A model generated the notes under the pieces. It saw nothing but the letters and a program-made list of their open reading frames with translations. It made no database searches and was not told the origin of the DNA. From an uncultured bacterium (GTDB lineage Bacteria > Zixibacteria > MSB-5A5 > UBA10806 > 4484-95): a stretch of DNA of 64,000 bases. A program made the translations under genes and the position numbers. Positions within the stretch are counted from its first letter, which is position 1; each line of letters starts with the position of its first letter. This document shows, one piece after another, positions 55,667 through 64,000 of the stretch. The stretch covers positions 39,147 to 103,146 of the forward strand of contig CBFDEC010000004.1 in NCBI GenBank assembly GCA_965603725.1, given 5' to 3'.

Positions 55667-56896
55667 ATGAAAAACTTATCGAGATGTATTGCTGTGACAA
55701 TTATAACTATTTTATTTCTACAATGCGGACAAAATTCCGTTGATTCATCAAACCAGCCGCCCCGTGCTTTAAGCCCCGGCGAAACACAGCTTGTTGACTC
55801 CGGCAATAGATTCGGTTTTAAGCTCTTCAAAGGGATAGTTCAGGATCAACCCGATTCAAATATCTTTATCTCGCCATTATCGGTGTCGATGGCGCTGGGC
55901 ATGGCATATAACGGCGCTAACGGCAGTACCCGTGAGGCGATGGATTCGACGCTGGAATTCAATGGCCTGGATATTCAACAGGTGAACGAATCCTACCGGA
56001 GCCTGATTGATCTACTGATTAATCTCGATCCGGTTGTAGTTTTCCAGATAGCAAATTCAATCTGGTATCGTCTGGGATTCCAGGTGGAACCTGATTTTCT
56101 TGATCTGAACAGGACATATTTTGATGCGGAGGTAAGCGAGCTTGATTTTAGCGACCCGATAGCGGCGGATATTATTAACAGTTGGGTCGATGAAAATACA
56201 AATGGCAAAATAACAGAAATAATTCAACCGCCAATTGATCCCTTAACGGTTATGTTTTTAATTAACGCTATCTATTTCTATGGCGACTGGACATATCAGT
56301 TTGACGAGGACAGCACATATGACGCTATGTTTATTTTGCCCGATGGTTCTCAGTCGCCCTGTCGGATGATGACCCAGGAGAACAATTTCAAGTATATTGA
56401 AAATAACGATTTTCAAGCTGTCGATCTGCCATATGGAAACGGGCTTTTCAGCATGACTATCTTTCTGCCCAGACCGCAGGTCGGTATCGATGCTTTAATT
56501 GATAATCTTAACCAGGAAAACTGGATTAGCTGGATTAACAGCTTCAACGAACAACAGGGAATAGTTCATTTGCCCAAATTCCGATTCGAATGGGAAGACT
56601 CATTGAATAATGTTTTAAAGGCTCTCGGGATGGAGATAGCATTTACTGGTTTTGCCGATTTTACCGGGATCAGAAGAAGCGGCGGGATTTTTATAAGTAT
56701 GGTGAAGCATAAGACTTTTATAGAAGTCGATGAGGAGGGAACTGAAGCGGCGGCGGTGACAATAATTGAATTTCGTGAATCGGTTGGTCTGGATTTTAAT
56801 ATAATGTTTGACCGGCCATTTATCTTTATGATCCGCGAGAACCATTCACAGACTGTTCTGTTTATGGGTAAGATTGTCGAACCGGTGTGGGAATAG
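55667..56896 (+). CDS. Serpin (serine protease inhibitor), secreted. The ORF track starts it at 55652; the ATG at 55667 has a GGAGG RBS.
   Basis: Serpin signature and breach regions (…FISPLSVSMALGMAYNGANGSTREAM…FLINAIYFYGDWTYQF…). Hinge EEGTEAAAVT, and a C-terminal …FMIRENHSQTVLFMGKIVEP. N-terminal signal peptide. Confidence 0.85.
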   Translation: MKNLSRCIAVTIITILFLQCGQNSVDSSNQPPRALSPGETQLVDSGNRFGFKLFKGIVQDQPDSNIFISPLSVSMALGMAYNGANGSTREAMDSTLEFNGLDIQQVNESYRSLIDLLINLDPVVVFQIANSIWYRLGFQVEPDFLDLNRTYFDAEVSELDFSDPIAADIINSWVDENTNGKITEIIQPPIDPLTVMFLINAIYFYGDWTYQFDEDSTYDAMFILPDGSQSPCRMMTQENNFKYIENNDFQAVDLPYGNGLFSMTIFLPRPQVGIDALIDNLNQENWISWINSFNEQQGIVHLPKFRFEWEDSLNNVLKALGMEIAFTGFADFTGIRRSGGIFISMVKHKTFIEVDEEGTEAAAVTIIEFRESVGLDFNIMFDRPFIFMIRENHSQTVLFMGKIVEPVWE

Positions 56897-56981
56897 TATT
56901 AACTGCAAATATTTCAACATAAAATTTAATGAGTTGTGGATTGCGGAAGTCTCTTCTGCCATCATGTAAGACAACCAAATC

Positions 56982-57020
56982 AAAAAGCTGGTGCATGAGG
57001 ACATACACCAGCCACTTTAA
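56982..57020 (+). repeat. 39-nt repeated hairpin element, copy C
   Basis: Identical to copy A except C to T at one position. It lies between the two serpin genes. Confidence 0.6.
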
Positions 57021-57133
57021 ATTATCATTCCCAAATTATTTAAAATATTCACTGGAATATTATGTAAATTTTGGCGTATAATATTCAGGTAGATATAGAG
57101 TAATATGTAGATTAAATGCAAAGGAGTAAAGCG

Positions 57134-58372
57134 ATGAACAGGAAAGCAATTTTCATGACATTGATCTTTATCGGGTTTGGGCTGTGTCTGGGAGATTTTA
57201 ACAATGCCTTGGGCCAGATTGACCGCGAAATAAGCATATCTGAAAAAAGCCTGGCTCAATCCAGCAATAAATTCGGTTTTAATATCTTTAGAGAAATCGT
57301 TAATTCTAAATATGGCAAAGATAAGAATGTGTTTGTCTCGCCACTGTCAATTTCCATGGCTCTTACAATGACCTATAACGGCGCCAAAAGCGAAACTAAG
57401 GATGCGATGGCGAAGACGTTGGAATTGTCTGATATGCCTGTCGATGATGTTAACGATTCTTATGCGAGCTTAATGGAACTGCTGACACATCTCGACCCCG
57501 ATGTTACATTTGAAATTGCCAATTCTATATGGTATCGGCAAGGTTATGAGATTGAAAAAGACTTTATTGATATTAATCACTCATGTTTCCATGCACTGGT
57601 CCGCAATCTGGATTTCAGCGCACCTGATGCGGCGGATATAATCAATGCCTGGGTGGATGAAAACACAAGCGGCAAAATCAAAGAGGTAGTTTCAAAACCG
57701 ATTGATCCGCTCATGGTTATGTTTTTAATCAATGCTATTTATTTCTATGGCGACTGGACTGTTCCGTTTAAAGCGAAAGACACGGATGATGATAAATTTA
57801 CTTTGCTTGATGGCTCGACAGCATCCTGTAAGATGATGCACAAGGAACAATCTTTAAGCTATTTCGCGAATGACGATTTCCAGGCTGTGAGCCTTCCCTA
57901 CGGCGATAAAGTATTCAGCATGACTGTTATCCTTCCGAAACCAGAAGTTTATATCGATAAATTGACGGCTATGCTTAATAATGATAATTGGAATAGCTGG
58001 CTTTTAAATTTCTCCAATCAAAGAGGAAGCTTGTACCTGCCCAAGTTTAAGCTTGAATACGCGTTGTCTCTTGTCGATGCGTTAAAAGCGATGGGTATGG
58101 GCGTTGCCTTTACTCCCGGAAAGGCTGATTTCACCGGGATATGTGAAAAAGAAACATTATTTATCAGCGAGGTGAAGCACAAGACATTTGTCAGGGTTGA
58201 TGAAAAAGGAACTGAAGCTGCCGCCGTTACAAGTGTCGGCATGATGACTACAGGTCTGCCTCCACAGCCTGCTTTTGTGATGCGTGTCGATCGGCCGTTT
58301 ATTTTTGTAATCAGCGAAAACAAAGCGCAGTCGGTTCTGTTTATGGGGAAGATTGTTGAGCCGGTTTTGTAA
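57134..58372 (+). CDS. Second serpin paralogue, secreted. The ORF track starts it at 57116; the ATG at 57134 has an AAGGAG RBS.
   Basis: The same conserved serpin blocks as serpin 1, but a distinct reactive-centre loop (…GTEAAAVTSVGMMTTGLPPQPAF…). Confidence 0.85.
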   Translation: MNRKAIFMTLIFIGFGLCLGDFNNALGQIDREISISEKSLAQSSNKFGFNIFREIVNSKYGKDKNVFVSPLSISMALTMTYNGAKSETKDAMAKTLELSDMPVDDVNDSYASLMELLTHLDPDVTFEIANSIWYRQGYEIEKDFIDINHSCFHALVRNLDFSAPDAADIINAWVDENTSGKIKEVVSKPIDPLMVMFLINAIYFYGDWTVPFKAKDTDDDKFTLLDGSTASCKMMHKEQSLSYFANDDFQAVSLPYGDKVFSMTVILPKPEVYIDKLTAMLNNDNWNSWLLNFSNQRGSLYLPKFKLEYALSLVDALKAMGMGVAFTPGKADFTGICEKETLFISEVKHKTFVRVDEKGTEAAAVTSVGMMTTGLPPQPAFVMRVDRPFIFVISENKAQSVLFMGKIVEPVL

Positions 58373-58431
58373 TGATAAAATTGCATCCCTGCACTATGGG
58401 CCAATGGCTTTTTTGTAGACATAGTTATGTT

Positions 58432-58463
58432 GTGTCAGTTCGTAGCAAAGCGTGAACTGACAC
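58432..58463 (+). other. Perfect 10-bp inverted repeat (GTGTCAGTTC-N12-GAACTGACAC) in a roughly 290-bp non-coding region
   Basis: Read directly. Together with the hairpin ACCCCTGC-GAAA-GCAGGGGT at 58563-58582 it suggests a structured RNA or regulatory region. Confidence 0.35.
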
Positions 58464-58669
58464 TTCTTGCTATCAAACATTAATCGTTCATGCTACAGGC
58501 CTTAGCAGCAGACAATGGGCAGGTCACGCTCCGCTACGACCCGCCCTAACGTTAATTATGTCACCCCTGCGAAAGCAGGGGTCCATGATTGGTTCATCAT
58601 TACTTTACATTTCGTATGCATGGTCAAGATGACCATATCATAGTATCGATAGGAAATATTTATATACTA

Positions 58670-59182
58670 TTAATCAGTCCGGCCAATATATTGATTAGTT
58701 GCTTTTAGTAAATATATTTCATCATCATCGCCATCAGCTAATTGCACTACAACAGTCACATCTATTCCCGGTCCCCATTTTGGTCCGCTACTGGCAGAAA
58801 CATTAATCTGAAACGGTTGAATTCCGTAATAGTATTGTCTTTCGGGGCTGTTAATTTCCCACGCTTTATCCCCGTTTATTACCCACATCATAACAATATT
58901 AAATGAGTCAGAAATATCCAGTGAATCGATTTCGTTAACTGCGGCAACAGCTCTGAGTGGTTGACCATCCGGGGGACATATAGGCATAAAATCACGCCAG
59001 AGATATGTTTCCAGCGCAAAGCTGTAATTGTCTATACCAAGCTGTTCGGGAGCGTTAAGCAGTTCTTGAATCGGTACTGAGAGAACGGGGGAATTTGCGC
59101 TGGGCTTAGAATCACCGCAACCCGGTAAAGAAATCAACAATAATACAATTAGCGTTTTTTCCAGATATCTGAGTATTCTCAT
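58670..59182 (-). CDS. Hypothetical lipoprotein. The likely start is MRILRYL… at 59182 with a GGGAG RBS.
   Basis: Signal peptide with lipobox LLLISLPGC. No domain recognised. Confidence 0.5.
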   Translation of the reverse strand: MRILRYLEKTLIVLLLISLPGCGDSKPSANSPVLSVPIQELLNAPEQLGIDNYSFALETYLWRDFMPICPPDGQPLRAVAAVNEIDSLDISDSFNIVMMWVINGDKAWEINSPERQYYYGIQPFQINVSASSGPKWGPGIDVTVVVQLADGDDDEIYLLKATNQYIGRTD

Positions 59183-59347
59183 ACTTGATCTCCCGGTTAA
59201 GTTGTTAATGGTACCGCTGTCATTCATAAAATCTGATTCACAAATCATATAATATTTCTTAAAGCCAATGTCAAATGATATCCTTCAAACACCTGTATTT
59301 ATTACAATTCTATAGACATTATATTCCCTTTCATTTAAATTGTTTCT

Positions 59348-60007
59348 ATGAAAACTCTGGTGATAATTCCAGCTTACCAGGTTGCGCCATATCTGAAGAA
59401 CGTCATCGATGAGGCAAAAAAATATTTAGAAGATATTCTCGTTGTCGATGATGGCTCTAGTGATGGTTCCGGCGAATTAGCCAGAGATTGCGGCGTTATA
59501 GTAATCACCCATGAGACAAACAGGGGAAAGGGCGCCGCTTTAAAAACCGGATTTGACTATGCAATCAGGCATGATTATGAGGCGGTTATAACTCTGGATG
59601 GCGATGGTCAGCATGACCCGAAATATATCCCTGGTTTCTTTAAGACCCATGATAAAACCAGGGCCGGGTTGATTATTGGGTCGCGGGTTCATGATAAAGC
59701 CGATATGTCATTTCCCCGCCGCTGTTCTAATTTTCTAACTTCCCGGATACTTTCGTATCTGCTTCATACCCGGATTGAGGATTCGCAATCAGGCCTCAGG
59801 TTGATAACCGTTCCACTGCTTAAAAGAGTGAGGCTGAAATCAGATCGTTATCAGTTGGAGACGGAACTTATTATTAGAGCCATTCAAAATGGCTTCAAGA
59901 TTAGATTTACTCCGATAAAGGTAGTATATGGCAAGAACTTCCCCTCGCAGATAAACCACATGGCAGATACTTTCCGCTGGATTAAAATGGTACTGGAGGA
60001 AATTTGA
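59348..60007 (+). CDS. Family 2 glycosyltransferase (DPM1/GtrB-like catalytic domain)
   Basis: …LVIIPAYQVAPYL…VVDDGSSDGS… and a DxD-type …TLDGDGQHDP…. Confidence 0.7.
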   Translation: MKTLVIIPAYQVAPYLKNVIDEAKKYLEDILVVDDGSSDGSGELARDCGVIVITHETNRGKGAALKTGFDYAIRHDYEAVITLDGDGQHDPKYIPGFFKTHDKTRAGLIIGSRVHDKADMSFPRRCSNFLTSRILSYLLHTRIEDSQSGLRLITVPLLKRVRLKSDRYQLETELIIRAIQNGFKIRFTPIKVVYGKNFPSQINHMADTFRWIKMVLEEI

Positions 60008-60042
60008 GTAAAAAATTTAATCGTTCATTGCGGAGTCGGGAA

Positions 60043-60066
60043 CTGGCAGGAATGGGTTCCTGCCAG
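60043..60066 (+). terminator. Perfect 10-bp stem-loop (CTGGCAGGAA-TGGG-TTCCTGCCAG) after the GT2 gene, with no U-tract
   Basis: Read directly. Confidence 0.35.
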
Positions 60067-60136
60067 CGCAGTTTAACTATTTATAGACGAACGTTGTTCT
60101 TGACTTGAACGGTTAGATTTCTATAATTTGCAAATT

Positions 60137-60898
60137 ATGAGAATTCTTTTAACAAACGATGACGGCTACTTCGCTCCGGGATTGGTTGCTCTTAGGAAGT
60201 ATCTGTCTAAATATTTCAAGGTTGTGGTTGTCGCCCCAGACCGTGACCGTTCCGGCGCCTCGCACTCTTTAACCGTTACCCGTCCGCTCAGGGTAGATAA
60301 GATCGAGAAGGATTACTATGCGGTGGATGGCACTCCCACCGACGCTGTCATGATTGCTTTGTATTGCCTTCTCAAGCAGAAAAAACCGGATATCATTGTG
60401 TCTGGAATTAACAGCGGCGCCAACATGGGAGAGGATGTTACTTACTCCGGCACTGTTGCTGCCGCTATTGAAAGCACTCTTTTAGGTTTTCCCTCGATTG
60501 CCGTATCGCTCGCCGGTAATGAAAGCGCAAATTATCTTGACCTAAAGGAGTACTCTAAAGCGTCACAGTTCACAAGAAAGGCCATAAACTTAATTGTCAG
60601 GAAAGGGCTGCCTGACGGAGTATTTCTGAATATAAACGTTCCCATGGGCAAGAATGTTGATACTCGAAAATACAGAATCACTCAGCTTGGTAAGCGTGTT
60701 TATGATGATGTGATTACCGAAAAAATCGACCCTCGCGGTGAGCGCTACTACTGGATCGCCGGGCGGGCAAGGGTTACCGGTAAAGGCCCCGATACCGATT
60801 TTGGCGCCGTTGAAAGAAAATTGATTTCTGTGACTCCATTGGCAGTGGATACCGCCGCAAGAGATTTCGTCAAAGAACTGAAAACTTGGAATTTTTGA
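60137..60898 (+). CDS. surE: 5'/3'-nucleotidase SurE. ATG start. The ORF track begins at the TTG at 60128.
   Basis: MRILLTNDDGYFAPGL…, canonical SurE N-terminus. Confidence 0.85.
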   Translation: MRILLTNDDGYFAPGLVALRKYLSKYFKVVVVAPDRDRSGASHSLTVTRPLRVDKIEKDYYAVDGTPTDAVMIALYCLLKQKKPDIIVSGINSGANMGEDVTYSGTVAAAIESTLLGFPSIAVSLAGNESANYLDLKEYSKASQFTRKAINLIVRKGLPDGVFLNINVPMGKNVDTRKYRITQLGKRVYDDVITEKIDPRGERYYWIAGRARVTGKGPDTDFGAVERKLISVTPLAVDTAARDFVKELKTWNF

Positions 60899-61139
60899 AT
60901 AAACAGTCATAAAAACATTTTTTGTCAGGCTGCAGTCAGGCGTTTTAATCGAGCATTTAAGTAACCGTATGAATAGCAATAAATTACGATATGTTTTTCG
61001 AATAAAATAAATGCAACAATTTGATGGAAATATCGGTATTCATAGATAGGAGTGTGTTAGAGGATTTTTATTTAATTAAATTGGCGTTATTATCGATATT
61101 ATGATATAATGGAGAAGATAAGACAGGATAAAAAAAGGA

Positions 61140-62597
61140 TTGAAAATGGCTAAAAAGATTATACTTGTGTCTTTTATCGGCCTTCTGATCTTTTCCGTAA
61201 TTTATGCATTAAGTGGGAAAAAGAAATATACTACTTCATCCGATCAGGCATATCAGGCCTATTTAGCCGGTGAAGAACTTATGCAAAAGTTGTATTATGT
61301 TGATGCCATACCCGAATTTGAAAAAGCGGTTAGAATCGATACCAATTTTGCTATGGCATATATAATGCTTGGTGAATTGTACAACATGCATGATAATAAA
61401 GATGATGCCCAAAAAAGCGTCGAAAAAGCTGTTTCACTATTTCCAATGATTACAGAAAAAGAACAATTAATAATCTCAGTTTACCAGTGCGGGATAAACG
61501 AGGATATGGAATCCAGAAGAAAGAACTGTGATGAATTAATTCTGAAATACCCAAACAGTCTTGAGGCTCACAAATATAAAGCGACCCATTTCACGGAAGA
61601 TCGCGATTTTAAAAACGCAATTATTGAATTTGAACAAATTATAGAAGATGAACCGGATTACGCCCCGGCATATAATATGCTGGGATATCTAAACTACTGG
61701 AATAGAGATTATAATGAAGCTTTATTATATATTAAAAAATATTCAATAGTAGCCGGCAAACAGGCTAACCCTCATGATTCATACGGCGAGATTTTGATGA
61801 ACATGGGGCGCTACGACGAGGCGATTAAGGAGTTTGAAACCGCCAACAAGATTAAGTCCGATTTAGATTTTGTCCTGCATCATCTAGGACAAGTAAACCG
61901 CGAAATAGGCCGTTATCGTGATGCCATAGGCTATTTTGAACGGGCTAAGGAATTTGCTCGAAACGAGGGATATGCTGCAAGGGCTGAGGAGCAGATAGCC
62001 TACTCTAAATATCTGCATGGAGAAAAAGAACAGGCTTTAGAACTACTTGATAATATTTACAAAGAACATCCTGAGTGGTTCAGTGTTGCAACTTATCGCG
62101 GAATAGTGGCTGCGGGATTAAAAAAATTCGATATTGCTGATACCTGTATAGATGATCTAAATAGAATGCTCGAAAAAGCTGATAGTTCCGGCGCCAGCCA
62201 GTATTATAAAAATGAAATTATTATCCACAGAGAGGCTTTGCTCGGGAAAATCGCCTTGATGAAGGAAAATTATGATGAGGCGATCAATGTATATAATAAC
62301 ATTGCTGAATTAAGCAATCTGCCAGGATTGGTTATGATGAAATTCCTGCTTGGTAAATCCCATTTATATGCTGGAAAATTAGATCTTGCCGAAGAGATAT
62401 TGCTAAATAACCTGAATGACAATCCCAATCATCCATATACTCTGTTCTTTCTCGCGAAAGTATACAAGGAGAAGGACAATCCTGAGAAACAGAAACAAAT
62501 GCTCTTAACATATTTATCGGTTATGTCCGGCGCTGATGAGGATATTAGGGATGTAATTGAAGCTCGCCAACAACTTGATTCTCTGGTCGAAATGTAA
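61140..62597 (+). CDS. Membrane-anchored TPR-repeat protein
   Basis: N-terminal TM helix (IILVSFIGLLIFSVIYAL), then multiple TPR repeats. Confidence 0.6.
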   Translation: MKMAKKIILVSFIGLLIFSVIYALSGKKKYTTSSDQAYQAYLAGEELMQKLYYVDAIPEFEKAVRIDTNFAMAYIMLGELYNMHDNKDDAQKSVEKAVSLFPMITEKEQLIISVYQCGINEDMESRRKNCDELILKYPNSLEAHKYKATHFTEDRDFKNAIIEFEQIIEDEPDYAPAYNMLGYLNYWNRDYNEALLYIKKYSIVAGKQANPHDSYGEILMNMGRYDEAIKEFETANKIKSDLDFVLHHLGQVNREIGRYRDAIGYFERAKEFARNEGYAARAEEQIAYSKYLHGEKEQALELLDNIYKEHPEWFSVATYRGIVAAGLKKFDIADTCIDDLNRMLEKADSSGASQYYKNEIIIHREALLGKIALMKENYDEAINVYNNIAELSNLPGLVMMKFLLGKSHLYAGKLDLAEEILLNNLNDNPNHPYTLFFLAKVYKEKDNPEKQKQMLLTYLSVMSGADEDIRDVIEARQQLDSLVEM

Positions 62598-62677
62598 GCT
62601 GAGCATAATCATTCGATAATAACATTATCAACAAAATCATTACTGTCCGGTGTTATATACATTATCTGTCTGTTATC

Positions 62678-62706
62678 ATCCCTGCGCAAACAGGGATCCA
62701 TTTTTT
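62678..62706 (+). terminator. Rho-independent terminator (ATCCCTG-CGCAAA-CAGGGAT + CCATTTTTT)
   Basis: 7-bp GC-rich stem followed by a T6 run, 80 nt after the TPR gene stop. Confidence 0.65.
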
Positions 62707-62780
62707 ATGAAGCATTCAATGATTATTTAAAAATAGGCAATATCTTTAAGCAGTTACATTAAAATTTTCAAAATATAATC

Positions 62781-62809
62781 TTGACAGCCTGGTAATATCA
62801 TATATATTG
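62781..62809 (+). promoter_or_regulatory. Sigma-70-like promoter for tRNA-Glu (TTGACA-N16-TATATT)
   Basis: Perfect -35 TTGACA at 62781-62786 and a near-consensus -10, with the tRNA start about 13 nt downstream. Confidence 0.5.
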
Positions 62810-62821
62810 TCAGCGACTTTT

Positions 62822-62895
62822 GTCCCCATCGTCTAGCCCGGTCAGGACATCGCCCTTTCACGGCGACAGCAGGGGTTCGAATCCCCTTGGGGACG
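62822..62895 (+). tRNA. tRNA-Glu (anticodon TTC). CCA is not encoded.
   Basis: GTCCCCA…TGGGGACG acceptor. Anticodon stem TCGCC/GGCGA with loop CTTTCAC. T-arm AGGGGTTCGAATCCCCT. Confidence 0.8.
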
Positions 62896-63176
62896 GTTGT
62901 AATCCCCCGAATAGCAACGAGTTGCGAGTATTGATTTCTGTCAAGCGCCATACATGTGCCAGCTAATTTTGAATGCGGCTAAGTTGCGGCATATCCAGCA
63001 ATAGCTTAAAATGACCATTGAACACGATTTTTCTTGACAGGGCAGAAAGTAAAATCTATCTTAACAATATAATCACTGTGGGGGAAGCTGTATTTACCCC
63101 CAATTGAAAATACTATCATAACCTCAAAGAAGGTTGGCTGGAAAGTTTACAAACATTTTTAAACAAGGAGAAGAAG

Positions 63177-64000
63177 ATGAGAAGCGTTAACGTCGCTTGC
63201 TTTGCGGCATTACTATGTGCAATTGCCGGGTCTTGCATAATAAATCCAGAAGCTAAGGCGCAAGAAACCTACGAATATCTCCCCGGCGATGTCAACATGG
63301 CTTACGGAAACTGGCCGCCTGTGGTCATGCCGGATGATGTGCTTTATTTTTTAAGTGGCGGTCCACCTTGCTTATTAGATGGTTTCTGGGCCTCAGTAGA
63401 CATTAATGGCGACTGCTGTATAACAGGAGGTGATGTTACAGCTTTGGTGGGATACTTTGTTGATGGCGGCGGTCTTTCATATTGCCCGGACTATGAATCT
63501 ATGTGGCCGACACCTGATGAACTGCCTGATGATCCTCCTCCTGACTGGCCGCCCTGTGAAGCGCCGCCGCTGGAACCGCCTGAAGACGATGTTTTTATCT
63601 GGTTTGGCAACCTGGATGAGTCTCCTATAATCGCAAATATAAATGATAGAGTTTGTGTTGATGTTTATATCCAGACGCCAAACTCAGCCTATATAGCTGA
63701 TATGCACATTCCTGTCGGTATAGAAAATCAATACATTGATGATTTTCTTACTGCAGACCACCAATATTTTTACCCGCTTACTGATTGGGATAATATTATC
63801 ACCCGTCAGTTTGGTTCGCCGCCTAATCCAACCGGCTGGTCGAGTCAATCAATATTAGCCTTTGATTCTAGCGTATGGCTTCATTTTGAAACGCCACAAT
63901 TAATTATGAAGATTGCCGTTCAAACTGTTAATGATCCTGAGTTGGCAGGAAATACCGTTCAATGCATCGGCATAGGCAGCCATCCCGATGGTTGGCCCTT
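63177..64000 (+). CDS. Secreted protein with a dockerin-like or EF-hand-like Ca-binding repeat and a Pro-rich linker. It is 3'-truncated by the window end.
   Basis: AAGGAG RBS and ATG at 63177. Signal peptide (…ALLCAIAGSCIINPEAKAQE). DINGDCCITGGDVTALVGYFVDG resembles a dockerin repeat. No stop codon occurs before the window end. The ORF track does not list it. Confidence 0.55.
   Translation, partial: MRSVNVACFAALLCAIAGSCIINPEAKAQETYEYLPGDVNMAYGNWPPVVMPDDVLYFLSGGPPCLLDGFWASVDINGDCCITGGDVTALVGYFVDGGGLSYCPDYESMWPTPDELPDDPPPDWPPCEAPPLEPPEDDVFIWFGNLDESPIIANINDRVCVDVYIQTPNSAYIADMHIPVGIENQYIDDFLTADHQYFYPLTDWDNIITRQFGSPPNPTGWSSQSILAFDSSVWLHFETPQLIMKIAVQTVNDPELAGNTVQCIGIGSHPDGWP

Noticed and set aside
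60128-60136. TTG start proposed by the ORF track for surE (MQIMRILL…).
   Set aside because: The conserved SurE N-terminus begins MRILLTNDDG at the ATG at 60137. The TTG extension adds non-conserved residues.
63430-63630. 66-aa ORF listed in the track near the window end.
   Set aside because: It lies in a different frame inside the long signal-peptide-bearing ORF starting at 63177, which runs stop-free to the window end.
1-64000. CRISPR arrays or other long tandem repeats.
   Set aside because: No repeat-spacer periodicity was seen anywhere. The only repeated non-coding element found is the 39-nt hairpin with 2.5 copies.

Overview
This 64 kb window is one contiguous stretch of a bacterial chromosome at about 43% GC. 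The P-ring, L-ring and RNase Y genes point to a diderm, and the gene content suggests an uncultivated lineage. I cannot place it more precisely from sequence alone.

It divides into three parts.

(1) 1–41.1 kb: a large, almost entirely plus-strand flagellar/motility regulon.
- Gene order is flhA (5'-truncated), flhF, flhG, fliA(sigma-28), then a c-di-GMP/PilZ and two-component regulatory module. That module has four stand-alone CheY-like receivers, two GAF–HisKA sensor proteins (one lacking and one with a degenerate ATPase domain), and a mini MCP-like protein.
- These are followed by a FapA/DUF342-like protein, flgF, flgG, flgA, flgH, flgI, a flgJ–SLT fusion, flgN, flgK, csrA, flgL and fliW.
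- Next comes a roughly 9 kb flagellin-glycosylation island: TPR–glycosyltransferase fusions, an amino-sugar pathway (epimerase/dehydratase, DegT aminotransferase, Fmt-like protein, LbH acetyltransferase) and a giant 771-aa flagellin.
- The region ends with flaG, fliD, fliS, a FliT-like ORF, flgM, an HDOD protein and a Zn-ribbon protein.

(2) 41.4–54.2 kb: housekeeping genes. These are tRNA-Val, thrS, infC (ATA start), rpmI, rplT, pheS, pheT, a ZapB-like gene, zapA, rny, a CoA-binding protein gene, ymdB, folD, xseA, a merR-like gene and tRNA-Pro.

(3) 54.2–64.0 kb: an accessory region between tRNA-Pro and tRNA-Glu.
- It carries a minus-strand alpha/alpha-toroid (prenyltransferase/SHC-repeat) protein, two tandem secreted serpins and a repeated 39-nt hairpin element.
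- It also holds a hairpin-rich non-coding stretch, a lipoprotein, a GT2, surE and a TPR protein.
- After tRNA-Glu the window ends in a truncated secreted dockerin-like protein.

Regulatory signals I can see in the sequence:
- a canonical sigma-54 -24/-12 promoter before flgF;
- sigma-28-type promoters before flgL and flgM;
- a textbook CsrA-binding hairpin with GGA in the loop, plus an SD-overlapping GGA, in the flagellin 5'UTR;
- several strong stem-loops, some without U-tracts.

The most interesting candidates for an undescribed system are the embedded multi-receiver/pseudo-kinase module, the flagellin glycosylation island around a giant flagellin, and the serpin/toroid/repeat island.
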